64,000 nt of DNA, taken from assembly GCF_006345805.1 (NCBI RefSeq), contig NC_043000.1, forward strand, positions 16,802,001 through 16,866,000. Direction: 5' to 3'. This DNA is from Octopus sinensis (lineage: Eukaryota). Positions 38,601 to 51,604 of this stretch are shown here, piece after piece. Below the pieces are notes generated by a model. It saw nothing but the letters and a program-made list of their open reading frames with translations, was not told the DNA's origin and made no database searches. Within the stretch, counting starts at the first letter, position 1; each line of letters opens with the position of its first letter. A program made the translations under genes and the position numbers.

Positions 38601-41600
38601 AAGTGCTAAAACCTAGCTAATACAAATGCTGAATTTCACTTTTTGTTCCATCAGGCTGTATATATACATTAGTCTATGTTTTGTATCGAATACTTTTTGG
38701 TGTGTTTGTATGCACTAACATGCAAATTCACAGAGAGAATTTCCAGATAGACCCCATCAACCACCTTTTATGATTAAATCTCTCTATATATAAAGCTGAA
38801 ACTGTCTGTGTATTGCAGGTTTGGTAGCCTTCAACTAACGCTATCTCCTCTGAGAGACCATGTTAACACCAAAAATTATTTACATCAAAAAAGTGCTTTT
38901 TTTCTATGAAAATCCTTATTTTTTTTAACGATTTTTTGACTGCTGTGTTGCCATTTTTCGGTGTATTTCAACCAAAAAAAATGTTCACTTAAAGAGAATA
39001 ACAAGCTACATAATGCAAAATTTTTACTTTTCAAAAATTCCAATTCTAAAGGGTCGAAACAAACCCGAGCAACACCAGGTGATACTGCTAGTCAGTCATA
39101 AAAATCAATCCTGAGTCTCATTTCCTACATTAAAAGAAGAACAAGAATGTGTTTCCTCCTCTCTCTCTCTCTCACATGCATAATACCTAAAATTATACAT
39201 TTGACCAAGACACATAACTACTGGCTCCAGTTTGCCAAAATGAATGGAAAAGAGGCTCCATTCCCCTCTGTCACAGTTCAATGTTTACTGGTAGGAATGA
39301 ATATCCATCGACAGTAAAAGAAATTATTCTAGAATTGTTTAGCTGTAGAAATTCTTTTCATTTGGCTGTGTGGTAAGTAGCTTGCTTACCAACCACATGG
39401 TTCCGGGTTCAGTCCCACTGCGTGGCACGTTGGGCAAGTGTCATCTGCTAAAGCCTTGGGCCGACCAAAGCCTTGTGAGTGGATTTGGTAGACGGAAACT
39501 GAAAGAAGCCCCCGTCGTATAAATGTGTGTATATGTGTGCGTGTCTGTGTGTTTGTGTTTGTCCCCCCAACATCGCTTGACAACTGATGCTGGTGTGGTT
39601 ATGCCCCCGTAACTTAGCGGTTCGGTAAAAGAGACCGATAGAATAAGTACTAGGCTTACAAAGAATAAGTCCTGGGGTCGATTTGCTTGACTAAAGGCGG
39701 TGCTCCAGTATGGCCGCAGTCAAATGACTGAAACCAGTAAAAGAGTAATGAGAGTAAACTAGACACCTTTTCTATCACTAATCTCTCAACTGTGAAGCAG
39801 GATTCAATACCTGTTGTTGGACAAACTGAAGCAAACAAAAGTTCTGTGTCTGACACAGCAATAGTAGAGTTTGATACCTTGACCCTATGTGATTATTTGG
39901 TCGATCGTGGAGGCGCAATGGCCCAGTGGTTAGGGCAGCGGACTCGCGGTCATAAGATTGCGGTTTCGATTCCCAGACCGGGCGTTGTGAGTGTTTATTG
40001 AGCGAAAACACCTAAAAGCTCCACGAGGCTCCGGCAGGGGATGGTGGTGATCCCTGCTGTACTCTTTCACCACAACTTTCTTTCACTCTTACTTCCTGTT
40101 TCTGTTGTACCTGTATTTCAAAGGGCCAGCCTTGTCACTCTCTGTGTCACGCTGAATATCCCCGAGAACTACGTTAAGGGTACACGTGTCTGTGGAGTGC
40201 TCAGCCACTTACACGTTAATTTCACAAGGAGGCTGTTCCGTTGATTCGGATCAACTGGAACCCTCGTCGTCGTAACCGACGGAGTGCTTCCCCCTATTAG
40301 GTCGATCATTTTACCATACATTCCCAATCAGAAAGCATAATTGGAAAGTTACAGACTGAAGTTAAAAGAACAAGGATACATAGATAAACAGGAAATATTA
40401 CTTACCACAGTTACATCATCGACGAGAGCTTTGTGGTATAGAAGTAAGCGTGCACAGTCAACGTGGTCTCCTTGGGCTGCCATATGCAGAGGCGTAAGAC
40501 CATTCTGTTGGTAGATGGTGGTGGTGGTGGTGGTGGTAGGTGGAAAACAAGGGAGAAAAGAAGACAGATATCAAATAGGTAGATATACATATACACATTA
40601 TATACACACAAGTATTTACACACTAGTATACAGTGTTATTACTAGTATTGGTGTTGAATTGGCAGAATTAGTAGAGCATCAGATAAAATGCTTTGTGCTG
40701 TTTGTAATAGTTCTTTGTAATTTGAGTTTAAATCCTGCTTAGGTCAACTTTGCTTTCCATTCTTTTGGAGTTGATAAATAAAATTCCAGTTCAGGGTGGG
40801 GAATGTCAGAGCATTGGACAAGATGCTTTATGGCAACTCTTTTGGTTCTCTACATTCTGAGTTCAAATCTCATTTCCTCTTGCAGGAAAGAGAGAAAAAA
40901 AAAAACACTCCAATGAGATCAGGCAAAACCTGTTACAGGCTTTGGAAGACCTTAAGCTTGCACCCAATATTTCAGCTGGTTGTTGTCATTGTCAGTATGC
41001 CAACTGACAAGAGAAAATACAAAAGAACTTTCAAGTCCTGGTGTACACTGCAAACATTGAATAAACAAACTGAATCATTATCACCTTCAGAAAATGATAA
41101 AAGCCAAGGTAGTCTGCATAGGTTTGAACCAGTGTGCATGCTATGCAAAGCTTGTTAAAAACATCTTTCTCTAATAATTTGAATGTAACTGTCAAAATAC
41201 TTATATATGAGCAAAATGCTCCCCCCCCCCTCATCCAATGGACGGTGCTGAGTTGTCAAACATTTTAATCAAATTTTCTCAAAACAACTTGTCCGACCGT
41301 CCCATTTTGTGGCATTATTTCAAATATACTCTTACAGAATTAACTTCTTCAAGATAGTAGGGTTTGAAACAGAGTTTAGAAAGCTTAGCTGTTGCTAACT
41401 ATTAGTAGCATCATTGCCTAACTATTTGCTATACTAGTGGCTAATTTGAAAACTGAAGTTGTCACAAAAAGCTGACAATCCATTCAGTCAATGAGAGAAT
41501 ATCTATGCAGTCATGTGAACTGCCAGAAATAACAGCTATATTTCTCTCAAATCACACCACCTTCAAAATGAAAAGGAACATTGGTCAATGTAGTTCCTTT

Positions 41601-44198
41601 TGTCATGGCTGGAATGCTTTTGATCATAGCCACCTAGGGGCTCAACAACAACACTCTGGTAACTCGGCCACTTTAAACCCACACCCAGTGATGTAGTATC
41701 AATATTTACTACTAAGAATGGAGAAACTCCCGAAGTACATAAAGAAAAATGGACGGTAAGTTTAATGTACTGACCTTTGTTTTTGCGGAAAACGGTGCGC
41801 CTCTCTCTAAGAGCAGGTCAACTACATTCTCATGGCCACTTCTGGCTGCGCAATGCAGCGGTGTTAATCCATCCTGCAGAATTGATAAACAAGAAACGTG
41901 AATGTAATTAACAACAGACAATATATTATGCAAGAGGAATGCGTGTGCAGGTGTGAATATGTGCATGTACAAATAATCAGTAGAAAAGTGTGGCTGTGTG
42001 TGTGTGTGTGTGTGAGTGTGAACAATAAATAGTGTGGCTAAATGGGTTTGTGATGTATATGCATATATGTGGTATTACAGTATTAATGTGTGAGTGTGTT
42101 TGGACAAAGATGTGTGTTATCTGAATTGTAGTCTGTGTGTATGTATCTATATACATACATATACACTCACACAGGTACACATATTTAAGCACTTACAATA
42201 ATATACTCAAGCATGCACACAAATATGTGTGCATACATTTGAAGACAAGCATACACTCACAGAATCACACGAATAAAAGTTACAATGCAATGACTTGATA
42301 TTTACCCGAGTTCTTTCTTCAATGGTGGCGTCGTGGTCTAAGAGAAGAATGACCATATTTGACTTACCCCAGCGAGATGCCACATGTAGAGGGGTGATGT
42401 TGTTCTGTAATATGAAAAAAGAGAGAGACACATAGATAGTTAGAAATCACTATTTTAATATTATCACTTATAACTGATTAAGATGACCAAGGGCCAAGGA
42501 AAACAGAATTAGGTTTTCCACCAAATTCTTTAATGGGTTGGCTTTTGAAGTCAACAGTTTTGACTCCTTTTATAATTACAGAAGGCTTCAATTATGTGGG
42601 ATCTTCCAGGGTTTTCTTACTTTACATTATCAACATCTTCAGATGCAAAGATTTTGTAACAATGTCTGGTCTATTAGCATGAACAGATCAACTAGTGTTG
42701 AAAGGTTGGTCTATCACTGGATATCAAACATTGATAACGGTAGAGTACTGGCTCTGACAGGTTTCAGTGCTAGTTATCATTGATTTATCTTCTGTTATTA
42801 TTATTTTGCAATATTTTGTTAGTATGAGTTTTTCTGTAAAATCTATGTATTTTCAAATGAATTAATTTTCATTGTCACAAATTCTTGAAACTGGATACTT
42901 TTTTAACCTCAATTACTTGGCTATACTGAAGCTGGGTATGGGACTTAGTTAAGTAGTGCAGTGTGCCACTATCTTGTAGTACAGTTTGAGCTTACAGTAT
43001 CACAGCAAATAATACTTTAGATAATAATAATAATAAAATGCAAATATTTATGGAAAGCGGACGTTAAACGATGATGATGAATAAAATCTAAATCAGTGTT
43101 TCTCAGACTTTCTTTTATTTATTGCTCCCTTTCTTTAAAGCTCTCATTTGCATTATGTTATATATATAATAAAGGACGTTACCGTATACATTCTTACAAA
43201 CCAAGGACGTTATATAGACCTCCTTGACTCAAGTTAGAGAAGGGGCATGTATTATACACAATGTTCAGGTTTTTCAGAGGTACAGCCCCCTAAAAATCCC
43301 CTGCGTATTATACTCAAGGGAAGACTATACTCGAGGATTTACGGTATATTAAATTTTACCCTGCCCCCACAGAACAGTAATGTTCACTTTGAGAAGCACT
43401 GATCTAAATGAATAAAAGGTTGAAATGGGAGTGAGATGTAAGTTAACTTACCTTAGCTTTGTAGTTGACGTCTGCACCCTTTTGAATAAGTAGAGTACCA
43501 ACGTTGACATTGCCATAATGTGCAGCGATGTGCAATGGTGTGAAACCACTCTGTAGAATAAAAAGACTTGGTAAGCAAGATGGTTAAAGAGGAGATTGTA
43601 AGACGTGGAGGGATGATAAACACAAAATGGTACCCACGAGGCAATTATTGTTGCAAAAATCATAGACGTTCATACAGTCACACGGACACAATTTAAAAAT
43701 GCGAATTTCTCCAAATTCTCAGAGACTTTTAAGTGACAGTGTTTATCACTAGTGATCTAGTAAGAAGCTAAAAGTAGATAAATCTCTCTCTGGATATGAC
43801 ATCAGTCTATCATGACCAGTCTTCCAAGATGATCTGGATCCATTCCTTCTGATAGCTATGTGAAAGGAGATTGTACTGAATATAGTACACCCTCCCAAAG
43901 ATACATCTCTTCTACAGTAAAATCACCAGTCTATCATAAGTAATATTGCCAGATGATATGGTATCTTTTAATCCACTACTATTTCATTACAGTTAGGTAA
44001 ATTGAGGTGATGTAGAAAAAAAGTGTTATGCTCAGAATTACAGTGAAATATCCACAGCAGATCTGATCTCACACAGAATGGGTAATCCAGTACTTTACAC
44101 AGCCATTTCTCTACTACTTCATAATGAGGAAACTACTACATAGTCATTTGACATATCAAAAATAACACACTGGACAATAGAGTTCACTGTGTGTGTAT

Positions 44199-44263
<65 letters not shown>

Positions 44264-44609
44264 ATGAAACTAGCTGGCTGGTCCCTTATTCACTGCTGTC
44301 TATTTATTCATGGTTATACTAAATATAAGTTTATTAAACATCTCATAAATAAACTCCTGTACACACACTCACATACATGATATTCAATCAGCCATCATAA
44401 GTTTAATAAAAGATATTTTGCCAGGTTCATAGTTACTGATTAAATATCTTGACTCTAAGACTTCTTGCTTTGAGTACTTTGTTTCAAGTTGACTATCAAT
44501 GTTCCTTTGAAGCTTTGTCCGTTTGCCTCTGTGTTGTTTGACATCTTTTGCTCATGGTTCAGCTGATTCGTAATTGTATCTTTTTCATTTGAAAGCTTAT
44601 TTTCACTCT

Positions 44610-44652
<43 letters not shown>

Positions 44653-45335
44653 ACATATAGGTGAATAAAAGAATAAAATGTTCAAAAGACAACATGATAC
44701 TTACAGCAATCCGAAAATACAACAATCATAGATAGTGAAAGGGGACAGGCATTTATTTACCAGTGAGAACAGAATCATAAGTACTGACAGTGGGCAAAAG
44801 ATTCTGATGGTAAGAGAGATGTGGGCAGCACTGGCGAATAGGTACCAGTGAAGGGGCTTTCTATGTGCAAACTATACAGTCAAGTAAGTGGTGGAAGGGA
44901 GATAATCAGAAAACATTCCACGATCAGTTCCACATGCTGACAACTGTTAAGGTTATAATACATAATATAAATACATATCTACATGTACACATTTATGTGC
45001 ATGCATGCATGCACACGCACACGAGTGTGTGAGTGAGTGTAGGTGTGTGCTTGAGATGAGAAAGCAGCTTCTGGACTGTGCAAAACATGACAACTACAGA
45101 AAGCAAATAGAGGGCTAAAATATGAGACAACTATAAGGAATGTGTTTACTTACTGATAATGGTTGAGTAATGATGAAGAACTCAATACATCGTACACACA
45201 TGCATTTATGTATATTTATGTATAGGCATGTATATGTGTGTATATATATTCTAATCATGGGAAAAGCCCTTGGTTTTCATTTGCCACATTGGAGTTTGCT
45301 TTCTTATTGGTAATGCTTTTTCTGAGATATATATA

Positions 45336-45378
<43 letters not shown>

Positions 45379-48300
45379 TATCATTGTTGTTTAACCTCTG
45401 CTTTCCATGCTAGCATGGGTTGGACGATTCGACTGAGGTCTGTCGAACCAGATGGTTGCACCAGGCTCCAATCTGATCTGGCAGAGTTTCTACAGATGGA
45501 TGCCCTTCCTAACGCCAACCACTTCGAGAGTCTCCTCCCAAATACACTGCACAAAGCTATAAGGTGTTACTCAGGCACTCAACTATGAGTCCATTCTATC
45601 TTATCGCAGAAACAGCTATAAGCCAATGAAGTGCACAAGATAATCATTTATTCCTTTGTCATCTCATATATATATCTTATATATATATATATGGTGTGTG
45701 GAAGCGCAATGGCCTAGTGGTCGCAAGATCGCAGTTTCGATTCCCAGACCGGGCATTGTGAGTGTTTATTGAGCAAAAACACCTAAAAAGCTCCATGAGG
45801 CTCCGGCAGGGGGTGGTGATACCTGCTGTACTCTTTCACCCACTCTTTCTTCTGTTGGCCTGCTCGCTTAGCCAGCGGGGTGGCATCATTCGAAGGCTAA
45901 AACAATGCGAACGCATTGTGACCAGCGATGTGTAACAACATCTGATAGCCTGGTCGGTCACGTGATCATGTGATATATATATATGGTGGATCATGCAGTT
46001 TCTATTGAAATTGCTTGGTGAATTAAGAAATCAATTGATTGACTTCTAATCTAAGTGATCAACTAGTCTACAGCAACATGTATACTTAATGTATTTTTCA
46101 GTCAGAATCAATATGACACTACATGACAAGGTCAGCCCATTAAATTAAAGGTACAGTGTACATATATTTAATATTAATTATGACTATTTACTTCTAAGTT
46201 TCACAGTCACAACTGGCTTCTCAAAGACCGACTTGGCAGACAGAAAGAGAGAGCTAATGGTCGCTAATGACTGTTTAAATGAAACAAATCAGTTCAATAC
46301 TCATTTCAAGCTGCTAATGGTCCTATGAGTGTGAGACTAAACATGTATTTATTAAGTGGATATGGAAGCACTCCGTCGGTTACGACGATGAGGGTTCCGG
46401 TTGATCCGAATCAACGGAACAGCCTGCTCATGAAATTAACGTGTAAGTGGCTGAGCACTCCACAGACACGCGCACCCTTAACGTAGTTCTCAGGGATATT
46501 CAGCGTGACACAGAGAGTGACAAGGCTGGCCCTTTGAAATACAGGCACAACAGAAACAGGAAGTATGAGTGAGAAAAAGTTGTGGTGAAAGAGTACAGCA
46601 GGGATCACCACCATCCCCTGCCGGAGCCTCGTGGAGCTTTTAGGTGTTTTCACTCAATAAACACTCACAACGCCCCGTCTGGGAATCGAAACCGCGATCC
46701 TATGACCGCGAGTCCGCTGCCCTAACCACTGGGCCATTGTGCCTCCACATTTATTAAGTACACACAAATACACGGGGTGAGTAAGATGTGTGAAATCTGA
46801 TCAAACATAAATGATTAAAAAAGCAAAAATAGAAAAGTTTGACCAGCCGTTGTTAATGGGTTAATGTAGAGTTAATAATCGAAGTTCAGCAAATGATAGC
46901 TGTACACCTCCTGCATTGCTGAACCTTACAGATTTTGGTGGACAATATAAGAAAGAATAAAATGATGAACTACTGACCACAAAGTCATGAGGAGTTATTT
47001 GAAACTCCTTATAGCCACTTTGTTGGAGCCCCGCACCACAAGCAAGGGAGTCAACCTCAACTGCTCTGTGGTTATTACTAAAAAGGGCATATATACAACT
47101 TCAATTTTTAAAAAAAGCAAAAAAAAAAAAGAAAAAGAAGAAAGAAAGAGCAAGTGACTCCCCCAAATAATGCATTGGGGTCACTCATGCAAACATTGAG
47201 GAAAGAAAAATCAATTTACAACCCCCCACCAAGCCAATTTTTTTTTGAGAAGTTTAATAGTTTTGGTAAAGGATGATTAAAGATTGGTTATTGAAACTAA
47301 GATATTTTCATGGTATTAAGAATCATGATACATCCACATACAGCACACATATGCTGTTGTAGTGTAGGCGTAATGGCCCAGTGGTTAGGGCAGTGGACTC
47401 GCGGTCATAGGATCCCGGTTTCGATTCCCAGACCGTCGTTGTGAGTGTTTATTGGGCGAAAACACCTAAAGCTCCACGAAGCTCCGGCAGGGGATGGTGG
47501 TGATCCCTGCTGTACTCTTTCACCACAACTTTCTCTCTTACTTCCTGTTTCTGTTGTACCTGTATTTTAAAGGGCCAGCCTTGTCACTCTCTGTGTCACG
47601 CTGAATCTCCCCGAGAACTACGTTAAGGGTACACGTGTCTGTGGAGTGCTCAGCCACTTACACGTTAATTTCACGAGCAGGCTGTTCCGTTGATTTGGAT
47701 CAACCGGAACCCTCGTCGTCGTAACTGACGGAGTGCTTCCACATACGCTGTTGTAGTCACTTTTTAAATTTTTATTTTGCAACAGCATTATAAAGTATAG
47801 TAATACAAGGTAATAATGCTTCAGTTTGGTAATAGTATCTACACACAATAAAATGTCAATATCGGCAGAGCAGTTACTATGCTTGTATGGCTCCTACCAT
47901 ATCACACTGAAAGAATAGAGTGCCACCGGCCAGGTAGGTTGTTGATGAATGACGAATTTGATGTTACCTGGTAATACATCACTTCTTATTAAGGCACAAG
48001 GCCAGAAATTAATCAGGTGGGTAGTTAATTAAATCAACCTTAGTACTTGAGTGGTATTTTATTTAATCTTGGAAGTTGAGCTTTTGTGAGATTTCAACTT
48101 AGAGCCTAAAGCTGTATTACAAATATAATGCCTGTGTGTCTTTTAAAGATTACCATGACTCTACCATGAGGCCAAAAAAAAAGAAAAAAAAAAACAAAAA
48201 CAAAATCCCCCAAATTATTCTTTTTTTCCATAAATCTTTGAGTTTGTTTTACAAAACAACATTAATTAAATGACTGTAATATGAGGAAAAGTTAGGAGAT

Positions 48301-50249
48301 TGTTATAAAGAAAGGAAGACAGCAAAATGTGTTAAGCAAAATGATTAAACATGACATCGATGTGAAAGGGGAAAAGCATTCAGGGAAGTGGAATGTTATA
48401 ATGGGGAAAGTCATGCAGCACAGGGACATAACGACAGGTGAAGTGAGATGCGATCATGGGCATAACAACAACAACAACAACAACGGAGAGAGAGAGGAAC
48501 AATGAATAGAGGCTCTAAATGGTTGTTAGGGCTCAGATACCAACCTTAGTTGTGTCATTAACCAACCCACCACTCTGTAAGAGCACACAGAAATAGAAGA
48601 CAAAAAACATAGATGTATATAAATGGAATTGAAAAAAAAAAAGAAATAATAATTATGTACATGAAAAAATATGTAAGGAAAGATGAATAACCATGTTGCA
48701 AACATCAGGATAATTACTATGATTTAATTAGATACAATGTACATTGGAGCAGAGAAAGATAAGTCTTGTCCAAGTACAGAAGACAATACCTGCAGCAGAG
48801 TATGAACTTGTAAATCAGGAAATGTCTTATATTCTGCCAACTTAACTCCTATATTTTTTAAGACGGACAACACCATCACCACCACCAGTAATAATAATAA
48901 TAATAAGGCTGTTAGGGGTTTTTTCATCTAGAGGTATATTTTTGCGAGTGTGAAGTGATATGGTTAATTCACTTTACTTAAATCATTTTATTATCTTGCC
49001 TTGATTGTTTTCCCTGAGGTGTGAAGTTAATTAATGGAATGACTTGAACAGAAAACCAATAAAATACAAATTATACCACAACCCTTTAACACTTAAACTG
49101 ACCATATCTGGCCAAAATATTCTTCTTGTTTTATGTTCAAATTGGCTAGATCTGGCTTCTCACACCTACCCTACAATGTCATTGTAAAAACAAACCACAT
49201 CATCAACATCTCAAAACTACAAGATAATGCATGATTAATTAAAAAAAATGTGAATAATTAAGCATTATCTTTGATAGAATTATCTGGAAACTAATTAACT
49301 CACCCACCCTGAATGATAACAATTAATTATAATTGTTTCTAACAATTATGGGCACAAAGTTAGAAATTTAGGGGAAGGGGTTAATAGGTTAAATTGATCT
49401 GCAAATACTTCACTGGGACTTTATTACATTGATCCTGGAAGTATGAAAGGCCAGGTCAACCCCGGCAGGATTTGTATCTTGAGTTCAAATCTTACAGGGT
49501 TTCATTTTGCTTTCTACCCTTCTAGAGCTGATAAAGTATCAGTGAAGAACTAGGTTCAATTCTCTTGCTCCCTCTCTTTCACTTGTGGATTCAACTATGG
49601 TGCACTGTGAGAAGAGTTGTGGGAGACCACTGCAAGTGTCCTTTTTCCTCAGAAATGAAGGGCTGCTAAAGGGTTTAAGCAACCTTTTGAAGTAAAAAAA
49701 CTGATATGCTACAGCAATCATCCAAGGACTGTCCAATGTGTGCAGCACAGTATGGAACAGGGATAAACAAGAATATGAATAAATATGTGTAGCCACGAGT
49801 ATTTCAAGTTGAGAAATTTAATGTAATGCAACTTCTCAATCCTTCTTTGTGGCAGCAGCATGTATACATAGACACATAAATGTGTGATTGTATGTGCATG
49901 TAGACATATACAAATGTCCCTGTCTTAAAGAAGTCTGTCCTCATAGAGGACTGGAGTTGATAAAAACTGAGATATGCACTCCTTTGTAGTCTTGTACCAA
50001 TGTTAAAAAAAACATTATTATTTCTCTTAACTTCTTCCCTTAATTGTGCTTATGGCTTCTTCAGAAAATATAAAAAATTTTTTTTTAAAGTCAGAATATG
50101 GAAAAGACACTGAAACAGAGGTGTCAAGTGTCTCAAATGACTATTGTAATTTATGTATAATTTTACTTTATAATAGTGATATAATTTATAGTAAAAATGA
50201 CTTACGATATACAAATAGTTAATAATTATATACATATAATTTACAACAA

Positions 50250-50295
<46 letters not shown>

Positions 50296-50623
50296 ATATA
50301 TAAAACATTAGTGTTAGGAACACCTGCATTGCTAAAAATAAGAGCTAAAATGCAGTAAAGCTGTAGTCAATGAGTCTGAAAAGAGCCAAAGTTCAAGCCA
50401 GTCTTAACTGATGAGGCAACAGAAATTGCTGAAACTGACGTCAGTATTAGGAATTCTTGATCACTATTCTTTGGACAATTAAGGTTCCTGTTAGTGTATA
50501 TGTTTACATTTATGTGTATTGACTACAGCATTAGAGCATTTTAGCTCTTATTTCTAGCAATGTAGGTGTTTCTAACACCCTAATCACATTTAGTGACAAT
50601 TATATATATCTATATAGATATAT

Positions 50624-50657
<34 letters not shown>

Positions 50658-51013
50658 GTGACAATTATACATATATATATATATAGTGACAGTTATACAT
50701 ATATATATATATAGTGACAGTTATACATATATATATATATAGTGACAGTTATACATATATATATATATAGTGACAGTTATACATATATATATATATATAG
50801 TGACAGTTATACATTATATATATATATATATATAGTGACAGTTATACATATATATATATATAGTGACAGTTATACATATATATATATATAGTGACAGTTA
50901 TACATATATATATATAGTGACAGTTATACATATATATATATATAGTGACAGTTATACATATATATATATATATAGTGACAGTTATACATATATACATATA
51001 TATAGTGACAATT

Positions 51014-51109
<96 letters not shown>

Positions 51110-51115
51110 GACAAT

Positions 51116-51157
<42 letters not shown>

Positions 51158-51573
51158 TATATGAAGCCATATTGTAAATTACATACAAGTTTCTCTGTGT
51201 ATATTATTTAGATGTTAATAGTATAATATACTCCATAACAAAACAGCTAAGAGCAAATTTTTTGCAACTAATTATGAAACTGATAGTCGTTAATGAACTC
51301 ATAACACCAGACACGAATGTTTGTGTTGTAAACAGTGTTGTGACTTCATTAGCAATCATATCATTTGTTTCATATTCAGTTGCTGCTTATGCATACATTT
51401 AAACGTTGTGTTGAGAAAACAATACTAGTTTGGTTCCTGTTAGTCGTCTTTAACAATTTTTCATTATTATTATTATTATTATTATAAATATTACAATTAA
51501 TAATATTATTAAATCCTTATCACTGCTGCTGTTAAACTGCTATTATTTTATGTCTTAAGCTAAAGTTAAAAAC

Positions 51574-51604
<31 letters not shown>

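Noticed and set aside
44705-44803. Strong GTAAGT donor at 44704 and a 43-nt AG..GT segment at about 44761-44803 on the minus strand
   Set aside because: No frame-preserving exon can be built; stops or a frameshift result
50842-51211. YI/IY-rich ORFs; similar ones occur across the window
   Set aside because: They are (TA)n and minisatellite translations
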